Part shown: piece by piece, positions 8,447-18,710 of the stretch
Numbering within the stretch: the first letter of the stretch is position 1
How the letters are laid out: the number at the start of each line of letters is the position of its first letter
DNA from: an uncultured Bacillales bacterium
GTDB lineage: Bacteria; Bacillota_I; Bacilli_A; RF39; UBA660
Direction: 5' to 3'
NCBI GenBank assembly: GCA_947648915.1
Contig: CANSPQ010000002.1
Location: forward strand, 50 to 64,049
Length of the DNA stretch: 64,000 nucleotides
Notes under the pieces: generated by a model
What the model was told of the DNA's origin: nothing
Database searches by the model: none
Seen by the model: the letters and a program-made list of their open reading frames with translations, nothing else
Made by a program: the position numbers and the translations under genes

Positions 8447-8492
8447 CTAGTTTGCCAAATTTTTCTTATAAAATAACATGCTAAATTGGAGC

Positions 8493-8515
8493 AAAAGAAA
8501 ATCGCATTTCTGCGA
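8493..8515 (-). terminator. intrinsic terminator TCGCAGAAATGCGA + U-rich, downstream of the 8516-9148 gene
   Basis: 6-bp stem, GAAA loop, then UUUUCUUUUG. Confidence 0.5.
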
Positions 8516-9148
8516 CTAATTTAGTACCTTTTGTTTTTGATTATCTTTTATTGCACCTGCTATTGTACAATAGCAATTTTTATTACCATTATAGAAAATT
8601 CTAAATAATTGTGATATCATTTGTGGTGAAGAAATACGAGTCGTATGAATCATACCATTTTCAATTGTTTGCTTTTCCGTTATTGTAAAATTTTCAAAAT
8701 CTTGAAGTAAAAATATAAGTTCTGCTAAATAGTTGTCTATCATATTAGAACATATTTTATTAAGTTCTTTCTCTAGATATATACTAGCCTCATTTATAAA
8801 TGTCATTTGAGAAAATTCTTCATCACAACTAGAACAATCCATAACAGGTATTAAAACACTTATTCTTCCTGCTAATCTTATTAATTCTTCACGTTCCAAA
8901 CCAAACAGTTTTTTACACGCATAATTGTTCATTGGTATTTGTTTGGTTTTATAATATTTGGAAAAAATTAGGATAATATTATTTCTTAATTCTGTAATAA
9001 TCTCTGTTTCATTTTTACCAATGACACTTAATGGTTCAATTCCTGGTTGAAATAAACACATATTAACATTTAATTCTGAATTGAGTATTTCTAGTATATT
9101 TTTCAAAATTTTAGTCTGACCTATAACTTGTTCACTTATTTCTGCCAT
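8516..9148 (-). CDS. hypothetical protein
   Basis: 210-aa ORF with no recognisable motifs. Confidence 0.4.
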   Translation of the reverse strand: MAEISEQVIGQTKILKNILEILNSELNVNMCLFQPGIEPLSVIGKNETEIITELRNNIILIFSKYYKTKQIPMNNYACKKLFGLEREELIRLAGRISVLIPVMDCSSCDEEFSQMTFINEASIYLEKELNKICSNMIDNYLAELIFLLQDFENFTITEKQTIENGMIHTTRISSPQMISQLFRIFYNGNKNCYCTIAGAIKDNQKQKVLN

Positions 9149-9313
9149 AATTATAAATCCTCCTTTGCAAATATTAGTTGCTATTCTATATGAAAAATAC
9201 TAAATTGTCAAATTGATTCAATGTTAAATTAAATATTAAGTAAATAATCACCAAAAACTTTATGATGTATAGCAACCTCCCCAAGTGAATAGCAATTATA
9301 TTAACAATCATTA

Positions 9314-9389
9314 ATGGTGTTCTCGACAGGACTCGAACCCGTATCGGTCCCTTAGGAGGGGACTGCTCTATCCTGCTGAGCTACGAGAA
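9314..9389 (-). tRNA. tRNA-Arg(CCT)
   Basis: Cloverleaf: acceptor GTTCTCG/CGAGAAC; anticodon stem GTCCC/GGGAC with loop CTCCTAA; T-loop TTCGAGT; CCA encoded. Confidence 0.85.
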
Positions 9390-9438
9390 CCTGCTAATAT
9401 TGTAACACACTGAAGTGCAAAAAAAAATAGGTTTTGAC

Positions 9439-9963
9439 CTATTTTAAAATATTTAACATTAGTAATAAAGAAAAATTAAGTCCATAAGTGAATTGATATT
9501 TGAATTTACGACAAAATTCATAAGTTCCAACAAGCTTATCTACTGCGCATACAATCCAACTCTCTGCATACTTTGGAATGCGATAATCAACAGGAAACAT
9601 ATGCGTTTTAATGATATCTTCTTCCTTCTCTGTTAGCTGAAAATACTTCTTTGCATTTTCAGCTGCTACCTTAGGGTGTCCTGTTGTAAATAATACAACT
9701 TTATCCTTTGTTTTTTCATAATCGGTTGTGCGATCTAAGAAGAAATCGTGCAACAAACCAGCACGTGCTACCTGATCATAATCCAACCGTAAAGCTTTCG
9801 CAAGTTTATAAGAGTAGTAAGAAACCCTAATGGAATGATTCATTCTTGTTGTCCCATGATGTATCACTGTTTCTAACTGACTAAATTCTTTATTCTCTAA
9901 AATCGGACTCACCAATCTCATATAGTGATTGTCCCGATGATAATTGACCATTTTTACTTTCAC
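9439..9963 (-). CDS. HD domain phosphohydrolase
   Basis: H...HD motifs (HHGTTRMNHSIRV ... LHDFF). Confidence 0.55.
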   Translation of the reverse strand: MKVKMVNYHRDNHYMRLVSPILENKEFSQLETVIHHGTTRMNHSIRVSYYSYKLAKALRLDYDQVARAGLLHDFFLDRTTDYEKTKDKVVLFTTGHPKVAAENAKKYFQLTEKEEDIIKTHMFPVDYRIPKYAESWIVCAVDKLVGTYEFCRKFKYQFTYGLNFSLLLMLNILK

Positions 9964-10085
9964 CTCAAGTACTATTACATTATATCATAAAATTACGTAT
10001 TTAATCATTATTTTTGTAACATTTTTGAAATTTATTTTTTAATTTCATAATAGGCCTTGGAAAACCTATGTTTTTACACATAGGT

Positions 10086-11123
10086 TTAAGAAATCACCAC
10101 ATTTTGATAAGTTGGAAAAATTTGAATAAAAGTATTACCATCATTCACATGAATTTCAGTTCCATCTAGATAGGAATATACCGTCTGTGCGGATCTAGAA
10201 GATTTACTCCAAGTAATCGGTACAGCGTAACCATTTGTAATATAGTAGCCTGTTCCTGTTCCAACTGTATCTAAATTTTGTCTTCCATAAGAATCTAAAT
10301 TATAATTATTGACATTTGCAATAATAATATTTTTAAAATGGTATTGTTCATTCGTTACTGCATCTTTATGTATTTCATCATTTACAGAACGTAAATATAC
10401 CTTTTGTTCCGCATCATATTGATAAGAAGTTATCACATATGCAGAATATCTTAACGTAATCGTATTCGCAACCATCGCATCTTCTCTCGTCTCTAAGCCA
10501 ATTTCATCAATACTGTAACTCAGTAGTAAAGGTTGATTGGATGTAGTACGGTATCCTTTCGCCATTGCCATATTTTGAATACGTTCCATATCAGTAAATG
10601 CCGTATGTTCATATGCAACTCCTAAAGTTCGATCTCGATAAAAAGCATCATCATATAAACCATTAATATTGGAAATACCCAAAGCAGAAATATCGATCTG
10701 TGCTTGTGGGCTCCATCCATAATGTACATAAATGGCATCATGTTCTAATGCATAATCTAAAAAATTATGACGCGAACTACGAACTGATCCAAGACGTGCC
10801 GTTGTTTGATCTTTAAATACTGCCATCAAACGGGTGAGACCACCTTCTACAATCATTTCATATACCACATACGCATCTTGTAACCCTGCATGATTTTTCC
10901 TTGCTTGTGCATGGTTATTAATCATCACAGCATAAGGCCTACTGTTAGAATCTTCATTGATAATTTGCAATTTAGGAACTGGCACTTCTACTTCTGGTTC
11001 CTTTCCTTTATCTTCTTGTGATGTTGATTCTTTTCCCTTTAATAAATACATTCCACCAACAATCCCACCTGCAACAATAAGAATTACAAGTATTCCAATC
11101 AAAACTTTTTTCATATACTTCAC
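10086..11123 (-). CDS. DUF3048 (YerB-like) membrane-anchored protein
   Basis: N-terminal signal/TM segment. Family-typical ...VYEMIVEGGLTRLMAVF core. Confidence 0.5.
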   Translation of the reverse strand: MKYMKKVLIGILVILIVAGGIVGGMYLLKGKESTSQEDKGKEPEVEVPVPKLQIINEDSNSRPYAVMINNHAQARKNHAGLQDAYVVYEMIVEGGLTRLMAVFKDQTTARLGSVRSSRHNFLDYALEHDAIYVHYGWSPQAQIDISALGISNINGLYDDAFYRDRTLGVAYEHTAFTDMERIQNMAMAKGYRTTSNQPLLLSYSIDEIGLETREDAMVANTITLRYSAYVITSYQYDAEQKVYLRSVNDEIHKDAVTNEQYHFKNIIIANVNNYNLDSYGRQNLDTVGTGTGYYITNGYAVPITWSKSSRSAQTVYSYLDGTEIHVNDGNTFIQIFPTYQNVVIS

Positions 11124-11187
11124 CTAAATTCATTATAGCGAAAAAAAAGAATGATTACCACAAAAGATAATCATTTCCACATTTACT

Positions 11188-12351
11188 TTACAGTACAATA
11201 CCATGAAAAGCCATATAAACTAAGAATACTGCAAAGATAGTTGTTAAAATCCATCCGTTAATTTTTTCTGAACGAGTGGACTTATAAGGAACACCCACAG
11301 CCATGGTGAGTAAATAGCCTCCTATTAACCCACCAATATGAGCAGCATTGTCAATTCCAGAAATGGTAAATCCAACGATTAAATTGAGTACAATTAAAGG
11401 AATGACTTGCGATTTTAATACGGTTCCCAAATAAATTCGGTAATGATATCCAAAATACAACAATGCTCCAAATAGTCCAAATATGGCACCGCTTGCTCCT
11501 GCACTAATATAATCAGAAAAAACAATTGAAAGTAAATTTCCCATAATAGCACTTAATAAATAAACCAATATATATTTAAATCTTCCTAAAAAACTTTCAA
11601 TCTGTGAACCTATAATATAGAGTGCATAATTATTCATAATGAAGTGCAACAAACCAATATGGACAAAAGCACTCGTAACCAAACGATAATATTCCCCACT
11701 CCGTACCGCAGCACCATAATTTGCTCCAAAATCGACTAAAGTAGATACATCCCTACTTCCCTCTCCAAATAGATACATAGAAAGAAATACAATCGTATTA
11801 ATCGCAATCAAAAGATAAGTCATAATTGGTTTCTTTTGTTCAAATACTGCTTGTGCTTTTTTCGATTCTTCTTCATTCTTTTGACTAATATCCTTCGTAA
11901 TTTTCATAAAAAGTTCAACACCTTTTTCTTTGAAAGAGGTTTTCTTTGTAATTGTAGGAAACTCTTCTAAAATAAAAGGATATTTTTTAAGATCAGATAT
12001 TTTTTGAATATTTGCACAACTGATATTCCCAGCATGAATATAATCATCTATATGGACACTTTCTCCCAAATTGACAAACAAAGATAAAGCTTCCATATGT
12101 AAAGAACAAGTTTTCTTTTTCACTTTCTTTAATATTTGTTTGGTACGATATAAATCAAAACTCATCTGTTCGTCATTATGAATATAATTAGAAACAATGC
12201 GAACAACTGGATAAGAATTCTCTAAATTTTCTAACCAGATTTCATTTTTTGCACCATGTAATACGATTGGACTATATCCTTGTTCTGTTATGAAAAAATG
12301 TAATAATTTCATAACAAGTTCATCACTTTTTTCTAACATAATCTCTTCCAT
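11188..12351 (-). CDS. rhomboid family intramembrane serine protease (GluP-like, N-terminal cytoplasmic domain)
   Basis: GASGAIFG catalytic Ser motif and AAHIGGLIGG His motif in the C-terminal TM core. Confidence 0.7.
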   Translation of the reverse strand: MEEIMLEKSDELVMKLLHFFITEQGYSPIVLHGAKNEIWLENLENSYPVVRIVSNYIHNDEQMSFDLYRTKQILKKVKKKTCSLHMEALSLFVNLGESVHIDDYIHAGNISCANIQKISDLKKYPFILEEFPTITKKTSFKEKGVELFMKITKDISQKNEEESKKAQAVFEQKKPIMTYLLIAINTIVFLSMYLFGEGSRDVSTLVDFGANYGAAVRSGEYYRLVTSAFVHIGLLHFIMNNYALYIIGSQIESFLGRFKYILVYLLSAIMGNLLSIVFSDYISAGASGAIFGLFGALLYFGYHYRIYLGTVLKSQVIPLIVLNLIVGFTISGIDNAAHIGGLIGGYLLTMAVGVPYKSTRSEKINGWILTTIFAVFLVYMAFHGIVL

Positions 12352-12414
12352 AATTTCCTCCAGTCAGTAATAATATTGTAACTTATTTCATAGGATAAGT
12401 AAAGAGGTGCTTAC

Positions 12415-12870
12415 ATGAAAAAAATACTCAAATTTTTACTTATTTTAGCTCCATGGTTTCTAGGCGGTTTACTATTTTCTTCCAATACAGGCTTTTACCA
12501 GTCATTAAATCTTCCTTTTTTCGCACCACCTAGCTTCTTATTTCCTATTATATGGACCATTCTTTATATCTTGATTGCAATTAGTATTTATAAAGTATAT
12601 GAAATTTATCACTTTAGTACCCTAAAAAGTTATAATCAATCTTTGCTATGTAATTATATTCTAAATCAACTATTCCCATTTTTCTTCTTTACATTAGAAA
12701 ATATCTTTCTAGGTTTTGTAGACTGTGTTGCGACTTTGATTACATCTCTTTTTGTCTACTATGAAACCAAAGAAATCGACAAAAAAGCAAGTAAATTCTT
12801 GCTTCCATATATATACTGGTGTCTATTTGCTTGTATCTTATGTATTACCATTTATTTTATGAATTTGTAA
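12415..12870 (+). CDS. TspO/MBR family protein
   Basis: 5-TM, about 150 aa. PPSFLFPIIWTILYILIAIS signature. Confidence 0.55.
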   Translation: MKKILKFLLILAPWFLGGLLFSSNTGFYQSLNLPFFAPPSFLFPIIWTILYILIAISIYKVYEIYHFSTLKSYNQSLLCNYILNQLFPFFFFTLENIFLGFVDCVATLITSLFVYYETKEIDKKASKFLLPYIYWCLFACILCITIYFMNL

Positions 12871-13759
12871 GCTGATTTACAATATGTGAGAAACATTCGG
12901 GAAGTTCACATGTAAACTCCATATACTTTCCAGTTGTTGGATGAACAAACCCTAGTTCTTTCGCATGGAGGCATTGTCCTGTATCATCTATTATTTTACG
13001 GCGACCATAAACAGGATCATTGACAATTGGATATCCAATATAATTCATATGCACACGAATTTGATGTGTTCTTCCTGTTTCTAGCTGTAGTTCAATTAAA
13101 GTGCAATTGGAAAAACGTTCTAATACTTTGAAATGGGTTACTGCATGTTTACTGTTGATATCAGTCACTGCCATTTTTTTACGGTCACTGGAATCCCTTC
13201 CAATAGGAGCATCGATGGTTCCAGTATCGCTAGCAACAACGCCCCAAACGAGTGCAACATACTTACGGTGTGTTGTTTTTTCTTCTAGTTGTTTGGCCAA
13301 AGATTCATGTGCTTTGTTATTTTTCGCAACCACCAATAACCCTGTTGTATCCGCATCAATCCTATGTACAATACCAGGACGAAATTCACCATTGATATCA
13401 CTTAAACTTTTAGAATGGTATAATAACCCATTCACCAAAGTCCCACTAGGATTTCCAACTGCAGGATGGACAACAATTCCATTCGCTTTATTGACAACGA
13501 GTAAATCATCGTCTTCGTAGACAATATCCAAATCCATTTTTTCTGGTTTTAAATCCATAATTTCTTCTTGGTATTCTTCTGCAACTATTTCATCATTTTC
13601 TTTGACAAGGTAACTGCTTTTTACTTTTTTTGCATTCACCATTATTTTTTCTTCTTTTATCATGTCTTGAATTTTACTTCGACTTAAATTCAGTTGTTTT
13701 GATAAATAGGCATCAATTCGTGTATTCGAATCTACTTCTGTTACAACATACTTTTGCAC
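12857..13759 (-). CDS. rluD: 23S rRNA pseudouridine synthase RluD (RluA family). GTG start at about 13759 after GGAAGGAGGAA.
   Basis: S4 domain at the N-terminus. HRIDADTTGLLVVAKN catalytic motif. Conserved lspA-rluD order. Confidence 0.8.
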   Translation of the reverse strand: MQKYVVTEVDSNTRIDAYLSKQLNLSRSKIQDMIKEEKIMVNAKKVKSSYLVKENDEIVAEEYQEEIMDLKPEKMDLDIVYEDDDLLVVNKANGIVVHPAVGNPSGTLVNGLLYHSKSLSDINGEFRPGIVHRIDADTTGLLVVAKNNKAHESLAKQLEEKTTHRKYVALVWGVVASDTGTIDAPIGRDSSDRKKMAVTDINSKHAVTHFKVLERFSNCTLIELQLETGRTHQIRVHMNYIGYPIVNDPVYGRRKIIDDTGQCLHAKELGFVHPTTGKYMEFTCELPECFSHIVNQLTNS

Positions 13760-14241
13760 ATACGTTCCTCCTTCCACATGACAACAATGAGGAAACAAGC
13801 TCCTATTACAACAGCGATATCCGCTAAGTTAAAAATAGGAAAATCATAGCCAAATAGGTTAAAATCTAAATAATCAATGACACCTGCACGGAAAATACGA
13901 TCCATCAAATTTCCAATTATTCCACCAAATAAAAGTCCAAAAGATAGGATATTCCATCTATCTTTTTTCTGTTTCAATACCCAAATAAATAGTAGATAAA
14001 GAATAACAATCGATACTACAACAATGGGTATTTGTGATCCAGAAAATAGACTAAAAGCCACTCCTGTATTTTTAACCAATGTAAATGAAAAAAATTGGGG
14101 AATCAATTGGATGCTTTCCCCAAATGTCATAGAAGTTGTAAATAAATACTTAATAAATTGATCTAGTATCACTATAATACTAGCAATTCCCCATATTTTT
14201 TTCAAACAATCACCTCTATTATTTTTTTGAAAATTGAACAA
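13741..14241 (-). CDS. lspA: lipoprotein signal peptidase II
   Basis: NTGVAFSLF and FNLADIAVVIG motifs. 4 TM. Confidence 0.75.
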   Translation of the reverse strand: MFNFQKNNRGDCLKKIWGIASIIVILDQFIKYLFTTSMTFGESIQLIPQFFSFTLVKNTGVAFSLFSGSQIPIVVVSIVILYLLFIWVLKQKKDRWNILSFGLLFGGIIGNLMDRIFRAGVIDYLDFNLFGYDFPIFNLADIAVVIGACFLIVVMWKEERMCKSML

Positions 14242-15148
14242 CTTTATCCTTTGAAATCACTTCTGTTCCCCTAGTTTGGTATAATGAATCGAATTTTTCT
14301 TGGGATTGCTTTCTTGTTTCAGGTTCGTTTGATTCAATTTTACAACGCCTTTCATAGAACTGAAATATTTCTTGCAAAGACAATTCATTTTTTATGATAT
14401 CCTCCATTAACCAGTCATACTTTCCTTTATGATTTCCCATTCTATAGGACTGTTCTTCCAATAATAATTCTGGTAGTTCTAATCTACCCATCTTTCGGAA
14501 CAGTTTTTTACAATTATAATTATGTATTTTGATTGAAATTGCACTGATACTACTTGAAGCTGCAAATGAAATGGTAGCAAGCAATTGTGCAGAAAACTGT
14601 GGGGTTAGAAATCTTCCAAATGCACTAACACATATAATACTTAAAAATAGCCCTATCATCATCGCTACTGGCATCACAAACATTCTATCCAAAATATGTT
14701 TTCGATATTCTTGTTCTAGAGTATCCTCTGTAACTAACTTATCCATTTCTTCATACTGTTCTTCTAATTGATTTTCTAGTTTCATTTGATTTTCACCCAT
14801 ATTTGTATGGTTTTCTTCGATTGATTCTAATTTGTAATCAATTTTGTATTTTGTAGATAGATGTATAATTATTTTTTGTTCTCCTTCTAAAAAATCTATA
14901 CACTTTTTTATAATATCAATACGAGTATTCAATTTGTTTTTTTCAATTTGATATTTGGTGTTTCTTTCTATTTTATCTTTCCTTTTTTCGCCTTTTTGAT
15001 AGAACTGATGGCCACTTTCTAGATTCTCGATTCTTTCATAAAGTTTATTATACTCTTTTTGTAAGGCATTGATACTTGACTGTAAATTTACCATATTATT
15101 AGCTCCTTCTATGGGCGCTATTATAACATTGCACTTACTACTTGTCAA
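14219..15148 (-). CDS. hypothetical coiled-coil membrane protein
   Basis: Long charged coiled-coil followed by two TM segments. Confidence 0.4.
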   Translation of the reverse strand: MTSSKCNVIIAPIEGANNMVNLQSSINALQKEYNKLYERIENLESGHQFYQKGEKRKDKIERNTKYQIEKNKLNTRIDIIKKCIDFLEGEQKIIIHLSTKYKIDYKLESIEENHTNMGENQMKLENQLEEQYEEMDKLVTEDTLEQEYRKHILDRMFVMPVAMMIGLFLSIICVSAFGRFLTPQFSAQLLATISFAASSSISAISIKIHNYNCKKLFRKMGRLELPELLLEEQSYRMGNHKGKYDWLMEDIIKNELSLQEIFQFYERRCKIESNEPETRKQSQEKFDSLYQTRGTEVISKDKVVQFSKK

Positions 15149-15197
15149 ATTGTAATCTATATAATAGTCACTAGGTCAAAGGACAGTTTCTTACCTC

Positions 15198-16874
15198 TCA
15201 ATGAGACAATTGTTGTTCTATATAAGAAATAACATTGTCAATTTTAATCTCCTTTGTTTCTCCTGTTTTACGTAATTTTACTTCTACAATTCCATCACTG
15301 ATTTTCTTTCCAACTGTAATACGAATAGGAATCCCAATCAAATCCATATCATTGAATTTCACACCGGGTCTTACATTACGATCATCTAAAACAACTTCTA
15401 TTCCCTTGCTTTCTAACATGTCATGTAACTCACATGCATATCCATTTTCCACAATATCTACAATGGCAACTTGGTAAGGTGCAACAGACGTAGGAAAGCA
15501 AATACCATATTCATCATGATTCTGCTCCACAAGTGCTGCTAAAATTCTTCCAATTCCAATTCCATAACATCCCATTTGAACAGGTTGTAATTGATTACTC
15601 ATATCACTATAGTATAAACCTAAACTTTCTGAATATTTGGTTCCTAATTTAAAGGTATTTCCGATTTCAATTCCCTTTTTAAAGTATAAAGATTTTCCAC
15701 ATTTTGGACAAACATCATGCTCTTTCACATTTTTAATATCTCCTGACATTTGATACTTAAAATCTTTCGTATTTACATTTTGATAATGATAATCTGTCTC
15801 ATTGGCACCTACTACATAATTATGCATTCTCAAGACATCTTCATCTACAATAACTGGAATATCTAAGCCAATTGGACCTGCAAAGCCAATTTTTGCTTTC
15901 GTAATGCGCTCTACATCTTCAGGTTCTGCAAGTACAACTTCTTTGGCATGCAACAATTTTTGAAGTTTTGTTTCATTGAGATCACGATTTCCAGAAATCA
16001 TACAAGCATAAAAATTTCCATCCACTTGATAAATTAAAGTCTTCACAACCCTATCTTCTGAAACATTCAAATAAGATGTAATCTCTTCTATTGTCCCATG
16101 GTTTGGTGTATACACTTTCTCAAGTGGTAATAATTCTTCTTTCTCTTCCTCTTTTGGAACACATTTGCTAACCTCTATATTAGAAGCATAATCACATGAT
16201 TCACAAAGAACCAATATATCTTCTCCAATATCGGTAACCGCTTGAAATTCTTCTGACAAAAGGCCACCCATCACACCTGTATCTGCAGTTACAATCTTAT
16301 AGTCTAACCCAAGTCGGTTAAAAATGGCTTGGTAAGCTCGATACATTTTTTGATAAGATATATCCATACCCTCTAAGTCAATATCAAAACTATAAGCATC
16401 TTTCATAATAAATTCACGTACCCTGATTAATCCATATCTTGGTCTTGGTTCATCACGATATTTATTCGCCATTTGATATAAATTAAAAGGCATATCTTTA
16501 TAAGATTTTATCTTTTCTTTCGCTACTGCTACAAATAATTCTTCATGTGTTGGTCCAAGTACATAATTACGATCCATTCGATCTTTTAAAGAAAACATAC
16601 TAGATCCAAAAATATCTCTTCTTCCGCTTGCGACATAAACATCCTCAGGAAGTAAACTAGGCATTACAAGTTCTTGTGCACCTGTTTTATTCATTTCTTC
16701 TCTTACAATCGCTTCAATCTTTTGCAATACACGGTATCCAAGTGGTAAATAGGAATAAATTCCCGTACCTATTTTTTTTACCATACCACTACGTACCAAC
16801 AAATTTCCACTTATACTTTCTTCTTCTTTACTATCTTCTCTCATTGTAAAAAAGAAACTTGATTTTAATTTCAT
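15198..16874 (-). CDS. proS: proline--tRNA ligase (bacterial type with INS editing domain)
   Basis: Class II aaRS motifs. 558 aa. Collinear with ProRS. Confidence 0.9.
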   Translation of the reverse strand: MKLKSSFFFTMREDSKEEESISGNLLVRSGMVKKIGTGIYSYLPLGYRVLQKIEAIVREEMNKTGAQELVMPSLLPEDVYVASGRRDIFGSSMFSLKDRMDRNYVLGPTHEELFVAVAKEKIKSYKDMPFNLYQMANKYRDEPRPRYGLIRVREFIMKDAYSFDIDLEGMDISYQKMYRAYQAIFNRLGLDYKIVTADTGVMGGLLSEEFQAVTDIGEDILVLCESCDYASNIEVSKCVPKEEEKEELLPLEKVYTPNHGTIEEITSYLNVSEDRVVKTLIYQVDGNFYACMISGNRDLNETKLQKLLHAKEVVLAEPEDVERITKAKIGFAGPIGLDIPVIVDEDVLRMHNYVVGANETDYHYQNVNTKDFKYQMSGDIKNVKEHDVCPKCGKSLYFKKGIEIGNTFKLGTKYSESLGLYYSDMSNQLQPVQMGCYGIGIGRILAALVEQNHDEYGICFPTSVAPYQVAIVDIVENGYACELHDMLESKGIEVVLDDRNVRPGVKFNDMDLIGIPIRITVGKKISDGIVEVKLRKTGETKEIKIDNVISYIEQQLSH

Positions 16875-17325
16875 AAAATTTCCTCTTTCCTTATTCTATT
16901 TAATTCATCATATGTTACCCACAAGGGGAAATTTATTCAAATGCATAAATATCACTTCCAATACAAGTATTATATCATAACACTTGAAAAAATGTCATTT
17001 TCAGTCAATAATTTCTATATTTTTTCTTACATATATCAAAATTGATTTATAACAAATTAGAAAGAAATGATTGAATGGAACAATTACCTACTATGATTTC
17101 TACAAAAGATTTGGCTTATTTAAGTGATATTTTTGGATGGAATTTCACAGCTTCAAAAAAAACCAAAAAGACTTATTTGCACTTGCTTTTAAAAAAGGTT
17201 GGTACCCTTTAGAAAAAACAATACCAAATAAAATTGGAAAAATATAATATGTTAAAACAAAAATTACAAAATAATTCCTCTCAAGAACCAGTTATGGTTA
17301 TTTTAAGTTACAAAAAAGAATTTAC

Positions 17326-18102
17326 CTAATATAGGATAAATTCTTCTGCATCTATCTGCATTACAGCTTCTGCAAAATTATACAATGCTAATCTTTGCTT
17401 ATCTTTTAATCTCATTCCATTTGAAGTATCTAATGTTCCAAACTGATAAAATTGATAACGTGGATTTTCATTTACTTTCATAGTATCTACATATAACTGA
17501 TACTCATATCCATGCTCCACATTTGTATAAGGTTCCCCAACAATATCGTATCTTGCTCGAATTAAGCGATAAAATTGTTTACTGTCTTCATTATAAAAAG
17601 TAAGTCTTGCTTCATCATTCTGATTTACTCTTTCTAAAAATTGATTCACTAATTTCGGATTATCAATTTTACCATCTTGGATTGTCACATAATTTTTAGG
17701 AGCATCCAAATTCGCATCTTCTATGTTGCTAGAAAAGACAGTCCACCCAGTAGGTAAAATCATAGCGATTGTATTTTCGGTTTCATACTGAAATCCATAT
17801 TCACTCCCAAAATTGGATTCGTTTTCTTGACTTGGTGTTTCATTTGGAAAAACAGTGGTATGGATATAGTCATCTGGATTTCCACAACGTCCTTCAACTG
17901 TCGATAATTTACCGGTATCATAATATAGAATACCATTTACCTTTACCATTCTTGGTACTTTCTTTTCTTCCCCTAATAGATTATTTTGTTTTTGTTCCCC
18001 ATTTTCTGTTACATGTTCTTTTTCTTGAAATAATTTTGTTCCTACAAAATATCCTCCAATAACGAATACAAGTAATATTCCTAACCATATTCCCTTTTTC
18101 AT
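17326..18102 (-). CDS. hypothetical secreted/membrane-anchored protein (ECF sigma operon)
   Basis: N-terminal TM/signal segment. 4-bp overlap with the upstream gene. Confidence 0.4.
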   Translation of the reverse strand: MKKGIWLGILLVFVIGGYFVGTKLFQEKEHVTENGEQKQNNLLGEEKKVPRMVKVNGILYYDTGKLSTVEGRCGNPDDYIHTTVFPNETPSQENESNFGSEYGFQYETENTIAMILPTGWTVFSSNIEDANLDAPKNYVTIQDGKIDNPKLVNQFLERVNQNDEARLTFYNEDSKQFYRLIRARYDIVGEPYTNVEHGYEYQLYVDTMKVNENPRYQFYQFGTLDTSNGMRLKDKQRLALYNFAEAVMQIDAEEFILY

Positions 18103-18710
18103 TTGATTCCTCCTATCATTTGTTTTAATATTTTTACAAAGGAAGATTCTTCTATGCCATAACCTATAACATAATAAGAATAATCTTGATCTGTAAAACT
18201 TGCCTGATAAGAATCCCCATAATATGTAATTGTAACTGGAATTTCTTCAATCATAGAAACCTGTAGACTCTTCTCATATCGTACCAAATCTTCTTCTACC
18301 TTAGCAATCGTAACACTAAGTGTTCTATCATTCTTATGATATGTTAAGCGATACCGATGGAAATAATACTCAAGTATCCAATCTTTGATCCATGGATGAA
18401 TCAAAGGAACCTTAGTCAATAAATCATTTTTCTTATTGATTTCACACCTTATAAAACAATCTTCCAATTTAAGATAGGTTCGATCAGATGTATCACCCAA
18501 ATAAGTATGATTTATAATAATTGAATCTTCTTTTGTTAATACATTTGGAATAGAAGTTTTTTTGGGTTGATAAAACAGTGACCCTATTAGCAAAATTATT
18601 ACGAGTGGGAGACAATATTTCCAAACATGTACTTGCTTTCTTGGCTTTGGATATTTCATTGGAATTTCTAAATTTAAATTTTTATAAATCATCTTTTCTA
18701 ATTTTTTCAT
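18099..18710 (-). CDS. putative anti-sigma factor (single-pass membrane protein)
   Basis: Cytoplasmic N-terminus, then one TM segment. Overlaps the ECF sigma gene stop. Confidence 0.4.
   Translation of the reverse strand: MKKLEKMIYKNLNLEIPMKYPKPRKQVHVWKYCLPLVIILLIGSLFYQPKKTSIPNVLTKEDSIIINHTYLGDTSDRTYLKLEDCFIRCEINKKNDLLTKVPLIHPWIKDWILEYYFHRYRLTYHKNDRTLSVTIAKVEEDLVRYEKSLQVSMIEEIPVTITYYGDSYQASFTDQDYSYYVIGYGIEESSFVKILKQMIGGIK

Noticed and set aside
16875-17325. T-box leader upstream of proS
   Set aside because: No AGGGTGGNACCGCG T-box sequence or specifier/antiterminator arrangement was found on the minus strand within 450 bp.
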